Source: a virus | UHGV virus genome: UHGV-0385671 | Reading direction: 5' to 3' (one strand) | Length of the DNA stretch: 42,417 nucleotides | Shown here: positions 9,446-17,648 of the stretch, in pieces | Layout: the number at the start of each line of letters is the position of its first letter | How positions within the stretch are numbered: the stretch's first letter is position 1 | The notes under the pieces: generated by a model | Told to the model about the DNA's origin: nothing | The model's database searches: none | Seen by the model: only the letters and a program-made list of their open reading frames with translations | Made by a program: the position numbers and the translations under genes

Positions 9446-9465
9446 GGGAGGCTGTTACGCCTCCC
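9446..9465 (-). terminator. Possible terminator hairpin downstream of the repressor gene
   Basis: 7-bp stem GGGAGGC/GCCTCCC with 6-nt loop 20 bp after the CI stop; trailing U-tract is weak. Confidence 0.3.
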
Positions 9466-9484
9466 GATATTTACGGTGGGAATA

Positions 9485-10108
9485 CTAACGTTTACGGCGG
9501 TAAATACGGTGTTCGATCATTACACCTATGATCTGTAAGTTCATATCTGCACTACGAAAAATAGGGTAATCAGGATTTAGGGGGATTAATTCAAAGTCGT
9601 CGATGCCGATTCCTAATGGGCGGTATTTTTTAAATGTAGCTTCGTGACCGTCGTTTTTGGCGACAACAAACTCCCCTGGTGCAGGACATAGATCAGGATC
9701 GATGATAACGATGTCTCCTTCTTTAAACTCTGGTTGCATGCTGTCGCCATCAATACGTAATGCGAAGCATGTTTCTGGAATGTCAGAGTCTGCCAAAATA
9801 TATTCAAATTCCCCTGTCAGATCTGTTATGTCTCTTGCTTCTGTAAGCTCTCCTGCCTGAACGTAACTTAATATAGGTATGCGTCTGGTACTTATCTCTG
9901 TGAGAGGCATAATATTTTTACCGTTCAGTAGCCAGTCTGGGCTACATTTCAAGGCCTTAGCCAAATCCAGAAGATTGCGTGGCTTTCTGGTTCGTCCACT
10001 TTCGATGGATTCTATGGATTGTTGGCTAACCCCTGCAGAATTCGCTACTTCCACTTGAGTCATTCCTAATTCCAAACGACGTGCTTTAAAACGGGCTGCG
10101 AGAGACAT
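9485..10108 (-). CDS. CI-like repressor: XRE HTH plus S24 (LexA-like) self-cleaving peptidase domain
   Basis: HTH QVEVANSAGVSQQSIESIESG; Ala-Gly cleavage site in VQAGEL; GDSM and KK catalytic dyad; AGGA SD upstream of ATG 10108 (ORF track start 10198 is probably too long). Confidence 0.9.
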   Translation of the reverse strand: MSLAARFKARRLELGMTQVEVANSAGVSQQSIESIESGRTRKPRNLLDLAKALKCSPDWLLNGKNIMPLTEISTRRIPILSYVQAGELTEARDITDLTGEFEYILADSDIPETCFALRIDGDSMQPEFKEGDIVIIDPDLCPAPGEFVVAKNDGHEATFKKYRPLGIGIDDFELIPLNPDYPIFRSADMNLQIIGVMIEHRIYRRKR

Positions 10109-10131
10109 GGGATTAGTCCTTCTGGGTTGTA

Positions 10132-10153
10132 TTAATGTGTATACCCACATTAA
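10132..10153. promoter_or_regulatory. Palindromic operator candidate (TTAATGTG-N6-CACATTAA) in the CI/Cro divergent promoter region
   Basis: Perfect 8-bp inverted arms with 6-bp spacer read directly. Confidence 0.5.
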
Positions 10154-10167
10154 AAACAATTTTTGTT

Positions 10168-10202
10168 GTATTTGACAAACCCCATTCGTTGTTGTCAAAT
10201 AC
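10168..10202. promoter_or_regulatory. Second inverted repeat (GTATTTGACAA ... TTGTCAAATAC) carrying TTGACA -35-like hexamers facing both directions
   Basis: 11-bp arms are exact reverse complements; each arm contains TTGACA. Confidence 0.5.
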
Positions 10203-10228
10203 CACTAAAATTGTATGAGGTAAAAGCA

Positions 10229-10441
10229 ATGACCTTAGCGACCCGAGTAAAAGAACGACGTAAAGAACTCAAAATGACGCAAGTTACGTTGGCTGAGCTC
10301 ACAGGAGTGAGCCAGCAGGCAATAAACAGAATTGAAAGTGGTGTTATTGCTCGACCACGTTATCTTCTTGAAATGTCTATAGCATTGGATTGCGACCCTA
10401 ATTGGCTGTTGTATGGCTCACAAAACGATAAAAAGGCTTAA
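10229..10441 (+). CDS. Cro-like XRE-family HTH regulator
   Basis: ATG 10229 after GAGG SD; HTH MTQVTLAELTGVSQQAINRIESG; divergent from the repressor. Confidence 0.8.
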   Translation: MTLATRVKERRKELKMTQVTLAELTGVSQQAINRIESGVIARPRYLLEMSIALDCDPNWLLYGSQNDKKA

Positions 10442-10444
10442 CCC

Positions 10445-12637
10445 ATGTCCGATAGCAAACCATGGGGAGCTACGCCTGATGAGTGGTTTCATTTCGACCT
10501 GGTATTGGGGAGAACTGATCATCTTCTCCCAGTTGTATGTAACCCCGGTGCGACCATATCCCCTGACAGTAAACTGAAAGCGCTGGGTAAGACGCCAAGT
10601 CGCTATAACCGGGACCGCCAGGTCACCGGTATTGCTCAATGGACCGGACATGTTGTTACTGAGCATGATTTTGCCCGCTGGTCGAATGAACCGGATTATG
10701 GCATCTGCGTGCGTACAGGCCATGGCTGGCTGGCGCTGGACTGCGATAGCGAAGATGAAGACATTCAGGCAGATATTCGCAAAACGCTTGTGCAACTTCT
10801 GGGGGAGTTGCCGCCGCGACGCTGGCGAGCAAACAGTAATAAGTGTCTGTATCTGCTGGCCGTTGATGGTGATTTCCGTAAGCGTATCCATCGCCTGGCG
10901 GGGGATATGGGCATTATCGAGTTGCTGGCGAACGGGCAGCAGTTCGTTGCCTGCGGTACGCACAGCAGCGGTGCGCGTATTGAATGGGACGGCGGTTTGC
11001 CGGATGAACCTCCGGCTATTACTGGTGAGCAGCTTGAAACGCTGTGGCAGCGCCTGGCTGAACAACTCCCTGTGTCGGTAACCACCGAAGCGGGCAACAC
11101 GAAGATGCGCGACCGATCAGCATTCACGCCCGGCGCGACGGATGATACAGCTGAATATCTTGATGCCAATGGCTGGACGCTGCTGGATGGCGCAAACGGT
11201 GAACGATATATCCGCTGTCCGTTTGAAGACGGCCACAGTAGCGGGGGCGACCCAACAAGTACAGTTTATTTTCCTGCGGGAACTGCGGGCTTTGAGCAGG
11301 GGCATTTTAAATGCCTACATGCCAGTTGCGCGCATCGTGATGACGGAGATTTCCTGAATGCCATCGGGATCCGCAACGACGATTTCGAAGATCTGACCAG
11401 CATCGAAGTGGCGGAACCTTTACCGCTGCCTGCTTTCGAGCGTGATAAATGGGGGCGTATCGAGGCAACCATCAGCAACGCAGCCAAAGCAGTAGTACGC
11501 CCTGATTTTGTGGACATCGATATTCGCTTTGACCAGTTCCGCGACGAAATCATGTTTGCCCCGGCAGGATCCGGACAATGGCGGGCATTCACCGATGCGG
11601 ATTATGCGCGCCTGCGCATCACGATGGAAAAGCGGGGATTTAAACCTGTTGGCCGTGAACTTATTCGCGATGTGGTGTTACTTGCAGCCGATGAACAACC
11701 ATTCGATTCAGCAATCACCTGGCTGAACGGACTGGAGTGGGATGGCGTGCCGCGCATCGAATGTTTCTACCATACGCACTTCGGTACCGCCGACACGCCT
11801 TATACCCGTGCGGTGTCTATGTACATGTGGACCGCGTTGGCGGGGAGAGTACTGGAGCCAGGCATCAAAGCGGATATGGTGCCGATCCTCGTTGGTCCGC
11901 AGGGCTGCGGTAAGTCTTCCGGAGTGGAGGCACTGAGCCCTGATCCTGCGTTTTTTACTGAAATCTCTTTTGCCGAAAAAGACGATGATCTCGCTCGAAA
12001 AATGCGTGGTCGGCTGGTGGCAGAGATTGGTGAACTGCGCGGACTTAATACCAAAGAGCTGGAGTCAATCAAAGCGTTTGTGACGCGTACTCACGAAAAC
12101 TGGATCCCGAAATACCGGGAGTTCGCCACCCAGTTTCCTCGTCGCCTGGTGTTCGTTGGTACCACCAATGAGGACGAATTCCTTGCGGACAAGACTGGTA
12201 ACCGTCGCTGGCTCCCCGTGGAAGTGTCGAAAGTCGACGTGAAAGCGATAAAAAGAGATCTCCTTTTACTTTGGGCTGAGGCTCGTGAGGTGTTTCAGCG
12301 TCTGGGGGGGATCCAGTTCCGTGAGGCTGAACAACTGGCAGCGAGTGTCCATGAACAGTACACCATCAAGGATGCTTGGCTTGAAACGGTAGAGAAATGG
12401 CTCGACACGCCAGACCTGATGACTAATGAACTTCCGCGAAATTGCGAATTTTTACGCGCAAGTGATGTTTTGCGTGATGCGATTGGGCTAAATCCTGACC
12501 GCATCGGAAAACGCGAAGAAATGCGAATTAGTAATGTTTTGCAAAATTGCGGGTATAAGCGTGCTCAAAGGCGAATTGGGGGGAAAATGACTCGAATTTT
12601 TGAGGCGGTGTCCCAACCTGTACCAGCCTCAAAATAG
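10445..12637 (+). CDS. Replication initiator: primase-polymerase N-terminal domain fused to a D5/VirE-like P-loop NTPase (helicase)
   Basis: 730 aa; Walker A VGPQGCGKSS; N-terminal region matches the bifunctional primase/polymerase pattern as I recall it; first gene of the rightward early operon after cro. Confidence 0.8.
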   Translation: MSDSKPWGATPDEWFHFDLVLGRTDHLLPVVCNPGATISPDSKLKALGKTPSRYNRDRQVTGIAQWTGHVVTEHDFARWSNEPDYGICVRTGHGWLALDCDSEDEDIQADIRKTLVQLLGELPPRRWRANSNKCLYLLAVDGDFRKRIHRLAGDMGIIELLANGQQFVACGTHSSGARIEWDGGLPDEPPAITGEQLETLWQRLAEQLPVSVTTEAGNTKMRDRSAFTPGATDDTAEYLDANGWTLLDGANGERYIRCPFEDGHSSGGDPTSTVYFPAGTAGFEQGHFKCLHASCAHRDDGDFLNAIGIRNDDFEDLTSIEVAEPLPLPAFERDKWGRIEATISNAAKAVVRPDFVDIDIRFDQFRDEIMFAPAGSGQWRAFTDADYARLRITMEKRGFKPVGRELIRDVVLLAADEQPFDSAITWLNGLEWDGVPRIECFYHTHFGTADTPYTRAVSMYMWTALAGRVLEPGIKADMVPILVGPQGCGKSSGVEALSPDPAFFTEISFAEKDDDLARKMRGRLVAEIGELRGLNTKELESIKAFVTRTHENWIPKYREFATQFPRRLVFVGTTNEDEFLADKTGNRRWLPVEVSKVDVKAIKRDLLLLWAEAREVFQRLGGIQFREAEQLAASVHEQYTIKDAWLETVEKWLDTPDLMTNELPRNCEFLRASDVLRDAIGLNPDRIGKREEMRISNVLQNCGYKRAQRRIGGKMTRIFEAVSQPVPASK

Positions 12638-12788
12638 AGGTTGGTACATTTTAACTAATTGAATTTAAAGGCAAGTACCAACTGTACCATCTGTACCAAC
12701 CTAATTACTAAGAACCCCATATATATAAGTCGCTTGGGGAAAAGGTTTGAAAAGAGCTGGTACAGGTGGGTACAGGTTGGTACAGGCC
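12619..12788. repeat. Iteron array and AT-rich spacer: putative origin of replication
   Basis: TGTACCA heptamer three times in direct orientation (12675..12700), three times inverted as GGTACAGG at exact 10-bp spacing (12759..12788), flanking a 58-bp AT-rich spacer; extra copies at 12619 and 12643. Confidence 0.6.
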
Positions 12789-12914
12789 GAACAAGTAATT
12801 TTTTGCACATAACAGCGTGTAATAAGCGAATCGGAACTGCGTTATCCACACCCACGGATAAACAAACGTGGTTCTCAGAAAATTTTTTCGTAGCAAAACG
12901 TAGAGGTCAGAGCT

Positions 12915-13349
12915 ATGCGTAATATTCAACAGGTTTTAGAGCGCTGGGGTGGCTGGGCTGCCAATAGCAACACCACAGTGAGCTGGGCTCCAATAGCGGC
13001 GGGATTTAAAGGGCTGGTAGTCAGCAGCTCGCCTGGCAGGCTGAGTTGCTGTGACGACGATGGCCTGATTATCGATGCTTGCGTCTGTCGGCTGCAGCAG
13101 GTCCGTAAGCCTGAGGAACTGGACGTCATTATGCTGTACTACGTCTACGGGTTAAGCAAACGTGAGATAGGGCGGCGGCGTCGCTGTTCTGAAGGATTTA
13201 TCCGCCAGCAGTTGCAGGTAGCTGAGGGATTCATTGAGGGGTGTCTCTGCATGCTGGGTGTGAGCCTTCAGATGGATCCTGAGGTCGAAATTCAAAGGGA
13301 CGAAAAAAGTATTAGTGCGCTACGCAAAAACTGCGCTACGCTGGTATGA
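12915..13349 (+). CDS. Q-like late-gene antiterminator
   Basis: Position between replication and lysis genes; recalled resemblance to the small Q antiterminator family (MR.IQ.VLERWG.WAA..., CCDDD, AEG.IEG motifs). Confidence 0.6.
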   Translation: MRNIQQVLERWGGWAANSNTTVSWAPIAAGFKGLVVSSSPGRLSCCDDDGLIIDACVCRLQQVRKPEELDVIMLYYVYGLSKREIGRRRRCSEGFIRQQLQVAEGFIEGCLCMLGVSLQMDPEVEIQRDEKSISALRKNCATLV

Positions 13350-13628
13350 GTTGAATTTCTGACCTCAACGAAGAGCTCCAAATCATTGGGGCTTTTTTAA
13401 TGCTCTATTCTCAGTAAAAGTTAATAAAACAGGGTTTTCGTCGCGAAAAAACGCTATGCAGTTTTTGCCCTTTTTTATGCACCTTTTATTCACTCGAATT
13501 TCGCCATTCTGGACCACTTAAGTTGATTAAATAGGCCTTTCATCGCAAATCTATTGCGAGCGGTGATCGTGTGGTTCCTATAACGTACATTATGTTAAAT
13601 AACCTCCTTTTTTAACAAATTTAACAAG

Positions 13629-13651
13629 GTTCGCTATGGCGAACTTTTTTT
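13629..13651 (+). terminator. Intrinsic terminator (tR'-like) between Q and the lysis cassette
   Basis: 6-bp stem GTTCGC/GCGAAC, 4-nt loop, followed by TTTTTTT. Confidence 0.7.
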
Positions 13652-13752
13652 GTATTCAGGGCCCACCGAAGGACGGCTCATAACCCAATCCTACGGGCGT
13701 ATACGCAGGGCCCGCCTTTCAACAACACCCCGTAATGGCGGAGGTGGGAAGT

Positions 13753-14094
13753 ATGAAAATGCACAATGCTCCTCATTCCTGGCCTGACTTACTGGAACTC
13801 TTACAAAGTTGGTGGCGTGGAGATACGCCGTTGGGCGCAGTGGTTATGTCAATTGTTATGGCTGGTTTGCGCATTGCCTATTTTGGCGGTGGCGGCGGCT
13901 GGAAACGAAAAACGCTTGAGATTTTGCTCTGTGGTGCTCTGACGCTGACCTTTGCATCCGCTCTTGAGTATGTTGGATGGCCTAAATCGCTTTCTGTTGC
14001 CATTGGTGGTGGTGTTGGGCTGATCGGTGTCGATGCTATTCGTGGGGCTGCAATGCGAGTAATCGGTAACAAGTTTGGTGGCTCTAAGGAGTAA
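13753..14094 (+). CDS. S: Holin, lambda S-like with dual-start Met-Lys-Met motif
   Basis: GGAGG SD 8 nt upstream of ATG 13753; MKM start; three hydrophobic segments; immediately upstream of endolysin. Confidence 0.8.
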   Translation: MKMHNAPHSWPDLLELLQSWWRGDTPLGAVVMSIVMAGLRIAYFGGGGGWKRKTLEILLCGALTLTFASALEYVGWPKSLSVAIGGGVGLIGVDAIRGAAMRVIGNKFGGSKE

Positions 14095-14097
14095 TTC

Positions 14098-14574
14098 ATG
14101 CAGACACTAAATTCCCAACGTAAAGCTTTCCTGGATATGGTGGCATGGTCAGAAGGAACGGATAACGGGCGACAACCGACACGTAATCACGGTTATGACG
14201 TTATCGTCGGAGGTGAGTTGTTCACTGATTACTCCGATCACCCTCGCAAACTTGTCACGCTAAACCCGAAGCTTAAATCAACAGCTGCAGGCCGGTATCA
14301 GCTTCTTTCACGCTGGTGGGATGCCTACCGCAAGCAGCTTGGCCTGAAAGATTTTTCGCCAGAAAGTCAGGACGCTGTGGCGCTGCAGCAGATTAAAGAG
14401 CGTGGCGCTTTACCGATGATTGACCGTGGCGATATTCGTCAGGCAATCGACCGTTGCAGCAATATCTGGGCGTCGTTACCTGGTGCAGGTTACGGTCAGT
14501 ATGAACATAAAATCGGTGACCTGATTTCCAAGTTTAAAGATGCTGGTGGGGTGGTAAATGAAGCTGACTTATAA
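14098..14574 (+). CDS. R: Endolysin, lambda R-type lytic transglycosylase
   Basis: 158 aa; near residue-for-residue match to my recollection of lambda R (QRKAFLDM.AWSEGTDNGRQ.TRNHGYDVIVGGELFTDYSDHPRKLVTLNPKLKST). Confidence 0.9.
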   Translation: MQTLNSQRKAFLDMVAWSEGTDNGRQPTRNHGYDVIVGGELFTDYSDHPRKLVTLNPKLKSTAAGRYQLLSRWWDAYRKQLGLKDFSPESQDAVALQQIKERGALPMIDRGDIRQAIDRCSNIWASLPGAGYGQYEHKIGDLISKFKDAGGVVNEADL

Positions 14575-15082
14575 GATTGTCATCGCGGCACTTTTCTTCT
14601 CTGCCCTTGGGGCGCTCGTCTGGTCTGCAAACCATTACCACAGCAAGTATCAGGCACAAAAGTTGCGGGCTGATAAAGCGGAAGGTGAAGCTGAATATCA
14701 AGGGAAAGTGATAGCTAATCAGGCATTAAACTTCAATCGTTTTAACCAGATAGCAGAAAACGCAAGCCGATTAAATTCTCTGGTCGACATCGGTCACGAG
14801 AAGAAAGTCATCAAATACCGTGAGGTTCTGCTCCGTGAAAAGAACTGTGATTTCCCTGTTCCTGCTGATATTGCTGTCGGGTTGCTCAACTACGCGAACC
14901 GTTTACGCGCCAGCGCATTGCACGCCGATTCCGGGGACATTGACTCAGCCAGTGATCGTGCCACTACCACCAGAACGTTGACATATTGCCAGGCTGTTCT
15001 GTGGATTAACCCACTGTTGGCAGCCATCGAGAAGGCGAATAACCAGTTGGCTGGTGTCCGACAAATAGAACAGTCCCGGTAA
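14558..15082 (+). CDS. Rz: Rz-like inner-membrane spanin
   Basis: N-terminal TM helix, periplasmic coiled coil, position after R with overlap. Confidence 0.8.
   Translation: MKLTYKIVIAALFFSALGALVWSANHYHSKYQAQKLRADKAEGEAEYQGKVIANQALNFNRFNQIAENASRLNSLVDIGHEKKVIKYREVLLREKNCDFPVPADIAVGLLNYANRLRASALHADSGDIDSASDRATTTRTLTYCQAVLWINPLLAAIEKANNQLAGVRQIEQSR
14835..14981 (+). CDS. Rz1: Rz1-like outer-membrane lipoprotein spanin embedded in the +1 frame of Rz (GTG start)
   Basis: GAGG SD 9 nt upstream of GTG 14835; lipobox LLSGC, proline-rich mature part (VKRTVISLFLLILLSGCSTT...PLPPER); too short for the ORF track. Confidence 0.6.
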   Translation: MKRTVISLFLLILLSGCSTTRTVYAPAHCTPIPGTLTQPVIVPLPPER

Positions 15083-15143
15083 TAGCATTACAGAAGCTCT
15101 TCCAGGAGGGGCTTCGATAATGACCTGATAACTGGAAAATAAA

Positions 15144-15716
15144 ATGACTAAGAAGCTGAAAGCAAAACACGAGGTGTTTTGTCGCGAGTTTCTTGTCGAT
15201 CTGAATGCTACACAAGCAGCTATTCGCGCAGGCTATGCCTCCAGGCGAGCACATGTTACGGGGGCTGAACTATATGGTAAACCTGAGATACGCGCCCGCA
15301 TTAACGAGCTAAAGCAGGAGCGTATTGATCAACTAGGCATTGATGCGAATTATGTGCTAATGCGACTGGTTGAGATCGACAGGCTCGATGTGGCTGACAT
15401 CCTGGAGGACGATTTAAGTATTAAGCCTCTGTCTGCGTGGCCGGAATCGTGGCGTCGGTACCTAAGTGGATTTAACCTCGCTGAAATGTTTGAGGGGCGA
15501 GGAGATGACAGAGAAATGGTCGGGCTCCTTAAAAAGATTAAGTGGCCTGATAAGGTTAAAAACCTTGAGTTGCTTGGGCGCCATGTTTCTGTTCAGGCGT
15601 TTAAAGACAACGTCAAAAATGAAGTGACTGGCGCTGATGGAGGACCAGTCAGAACAGAAATTACCAACTTAACGCCGGAGCAGGCTGCAGAGGCGTATAG
15701 AAAAATGATGGGGTGA
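15144..15716 (+). CDS. Terminase small subunit
   Basis: 190 aa; N-terminal pattern AKHEVFCREFLVDLNATQAAIRAGY typical of terminase small subunits; precedes terL. Confidence 0.8.
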   Translation: MTKKLKAKHEVFCREFLVDLNATQAAIRAGYASRRAHVTGAELYGKPEIRARINELKQERIDQLGIDANYVLMRLVEIDRLDVADILEDDLSIKPLSAWPESWRRYLSGFNLAEMFEGRGDDREMVGLLKKIKWPDKVKNLELLGRHVSVQAFKDNVKNEVTGADGGPVRTEITNLTPEQAAEAYRKMMG

Positions 15717-15717
15717 T

Positions 15718-15734
15718 AGCCGCATGTTGCGGCT
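15718..15734. terminator. Hairpin between convergent terS and the antisense micro-protein gene (possible bidirectional terminator)
   Basis: 7-bp stem AGCCGCA/TGCGGCT with 3-nt loop; U-rich tracts follow on both strands. Confidence 0.4.
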
Positions 15735-15741
15735 ATGTATT

Positions 15742-15954
15742 TTAGGCTTGCTTTGGTCGAGTAATACGGCCAAGAGCTTTAATTGCAGCGACTTTGACGT
15801 TGTGATTTAAGTCTGAAGATAAAGCAAGTAAGCGATTTACATGAGCTGGCGTTGCTGAAGCACTCTCACCGAGAGCATAAATTGCAGACAATTTTACTTC
15901 GTTGTTAAGGTCGTTGGTTAATTCCAACAACTTAGCACTAACTGCTGGTGTCAT
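15742..15954 (-). CDS. 70-aa protein with two tandem HEAT/PBS-lyase-like repeats, antisense between terS and terL
   Basis: AGGAGG SD 4 nt upstream of ATG 15954; internal tandem repeat LLELTNDLNNEVKLSAIYALGESA / LLALSSDLNHNVKVAAIKALGRIT; sits in a 309-bp terS-terL gap. Confidence 0.55.
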   Translation of the reverse strand: MTPAVSAKLLELTNDLNNEVKLSAIYALGESASATPAHVNRLLALSSDLNHNVKVAAIKALGRITRPKQA

Positions 15955-16025
15955 AAAACCTCCTGTAATTGGTACATAAACACTATCAACTTTGTTACGC
16001 AAAAACTCAATGCCTGGAATTGTTT

Positions 16026-17648
16026 ATGTCTATTCCGTTTAAATTCGACTTCAGGAACCCTGATTACCAGATGGTTTTTGAATGGCGGATGGAACGCTTA
16101 CAGCGCATTCGCCAGAACCCTGAAATATTGCCAGCACTAAAACAGTTTTACCGAACCAACCCGGCTCAGTTCATCATCGACTGGGGCATGACAACGGACC
16201 CGCGTAATATTGATTATGGCCTGCCGGTAACCATTCCGTTTTTACTCTTCCCTAAGCAGGAGGAGTGGATCCACTGGATTATGGAACGCTGGAGCAATCG
16301 GGAGAATGGTATTACCGAAAAATCCCGTGAAATGGGGCTCAGTTGGACCGCGATCGGACTGGCCTGCTCGCTCTGCCTCTTCAACAAAGAGATGGTGATC
16401 GGTTTCGGCTCCCGTAAAGAGGAATACGTCGACAGCACCGGTGACCCGAAGGCGCTGTTCTGGAAGGCGCGCAAGTTCGTGGAAACGCTGCCCATCGAGT
16501 TTCGAGGTTCGTGGAGCGAGAAGAAGCACGCGCCATATATGCGTGTTGAGTTTCCTGAAACTGGTGCCGTTATCAAAGGCGAGGCTGGCGATAATATTGG
16601 TCGTGGTGACCGTACCACGCTTTATCTGGTTGATGAGGCTGCATTCCTTCAGCGTCCTCTGCTGATTGATGCGGCGTTGTCACAAACGACGCGTTGCCGT
16701 ATCGACCTGAGTTCAGTTAACGGCATGGCTAACCCGTTCGCTCAGAAGCGTCATGGCGGGAAGATTCCGGTATTCACATTCCACTGGCGGGATGATCCTC
16801 GCAAGGATGAAGAGTGGTATCGCAGGGAATGCGAGAAAATCGATAATCCGGTGGTGGTGGCACAGGAACTTGATCTGAACTACAGCGCATCAGCGGAAGG
16901 CGTCCTGATTCCATCCGAATGGGTACAGGCTGCCGTTGATGCGCATATCAAACTGGGTATCCAGCCAACAGGCAAACGACTTGGCGCGATGGATGTCGCT
17001 GATGAAGGCAGGGACAAAAATGCCTTTTCCACCCGTCATGGCTTCCTCCTGGAAAATGTGCGGGAATGGTCTGGTGTGGGCAGCGACATTTATCAGTCCG
17101 TCGAGAAGGTCTTCGGTTTTTGCGAACAGGACAACCTCGAAGAGTTTCGCTTTGACGAGGACGGGCTGGGCGCTGGCGTTCGCGGCGATGCTCGCGCTAT
17201 CAACGAACTGCGTAACGCTGCGCGCCGACCGTCAATACTCGCCACACCGTTTCGAGGTAGTGGCGCGGTATTTGATCCGGATGATGAAGCTGTTCGCGGG
17301 GACAACGGGCAAGCCGCACGTCTGAACAAGGACTTCTTCGCTAACGCCAAAGCCCAGAGCTGGTGGCGGTTACGTAAACTTTTTCAGAATACCTGGCGCG
17401 CCGTGGTTGAAGGTATGGCTTACAACCCGGACGAAATCATCTCAATCAGCAGTAGCATGGCACTCAAAGATAAACTCATCATCGAGCTTTCGCAGCCGAC
17501 CTATTCCATTAATGGTGTGGGAAAAATCGTTATTGATAAACAGCCTGATGGAACCCGATCGCCAAACCTTGCCGACTCGGTGATGATCAACTATGCCCCA
17601 ATGAATTCAGCCCTGAACATCTGGGAGCTGCTAGGGAGACAGGCCTGA
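16026..17648 (+). CDS. Terminase large subunit
   Basis: Walker B-like LYLVDEAAF, size and position between terS and portal; start at ATG 16026 preferred over the TTG at 15969 in the ORF track. Confidence 0.8.
   Translation: MSIPFKFDFRNPDYQMVFEWRMERLQRIRQNPEILPALKQFYRTNPAQFIIDWGMTTDPRNIDYGLPVTIPFLLFPKQEEWIHWIMERWSNRENGITEKSREMGLSWTAIGLACSLCLFNKEMVIGFGSRKEEYVDSTGDPKALFWKARKFVETLPIEFRGSWSEKKHAPYMRVEFPETGAVIKGEAGDNIGRGDRTTLYLVDEAAFLQRPLLIDAALSQTTRCRIDLSSVNGMANPFAQKRHGGKIPVFTFHWRDDPRKDEEWYRRECEKIDNPVVVAQELDLNYSASAEGVLIPSEWVQAAVDAHIKLGIQPTGKRLGAMDVADEGRDKNAFSTRHGFLLENVREWSGVGSDIYQSVEKVFGFCEQDNLEEFRFDEDGLGAGVRGDARAINELRNAARRPSILATPFRGSGAVFDPDDEAVRGDNGQAARLNKDFFANAKAQSWWRLRKLFQNTWRAVVEGMAYNPDEIISISSSMALKDKLIIELSQPTYSINGVGKIVIDKQPDGTRSPNLADSVMINYAPMNSALNIWELLGRQA

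Noticed and set aside
10418-12504. Minus-strand ORFs (10418..11065, 10765..11169, 11266..11592, 11800..12072, 12295..12504) and short plus-strand ORFs within the primase-helicase gene
   Set aside because: Shadow ORFs of a 730-aa gene with a clear Walker A motif; no start context.
12655-12929. Small ORFs (12655..12855, 12659..12922, 12708..12929) across the iteron region
   Set aside because: The interval is dominated by TGTACCA repeats and an AT-rich spacer typical of an origin; the ORFs lack SDs and overlap each other on both strands.
15969-16025. TTG start at 15969 for the large terminase, as in the ORF track
   Set aside because: It would extend terL into the antisense micro-protein gene with no SD; the ATG at 16026 gives a typical terminase N-terminus (MSIPFKF...).
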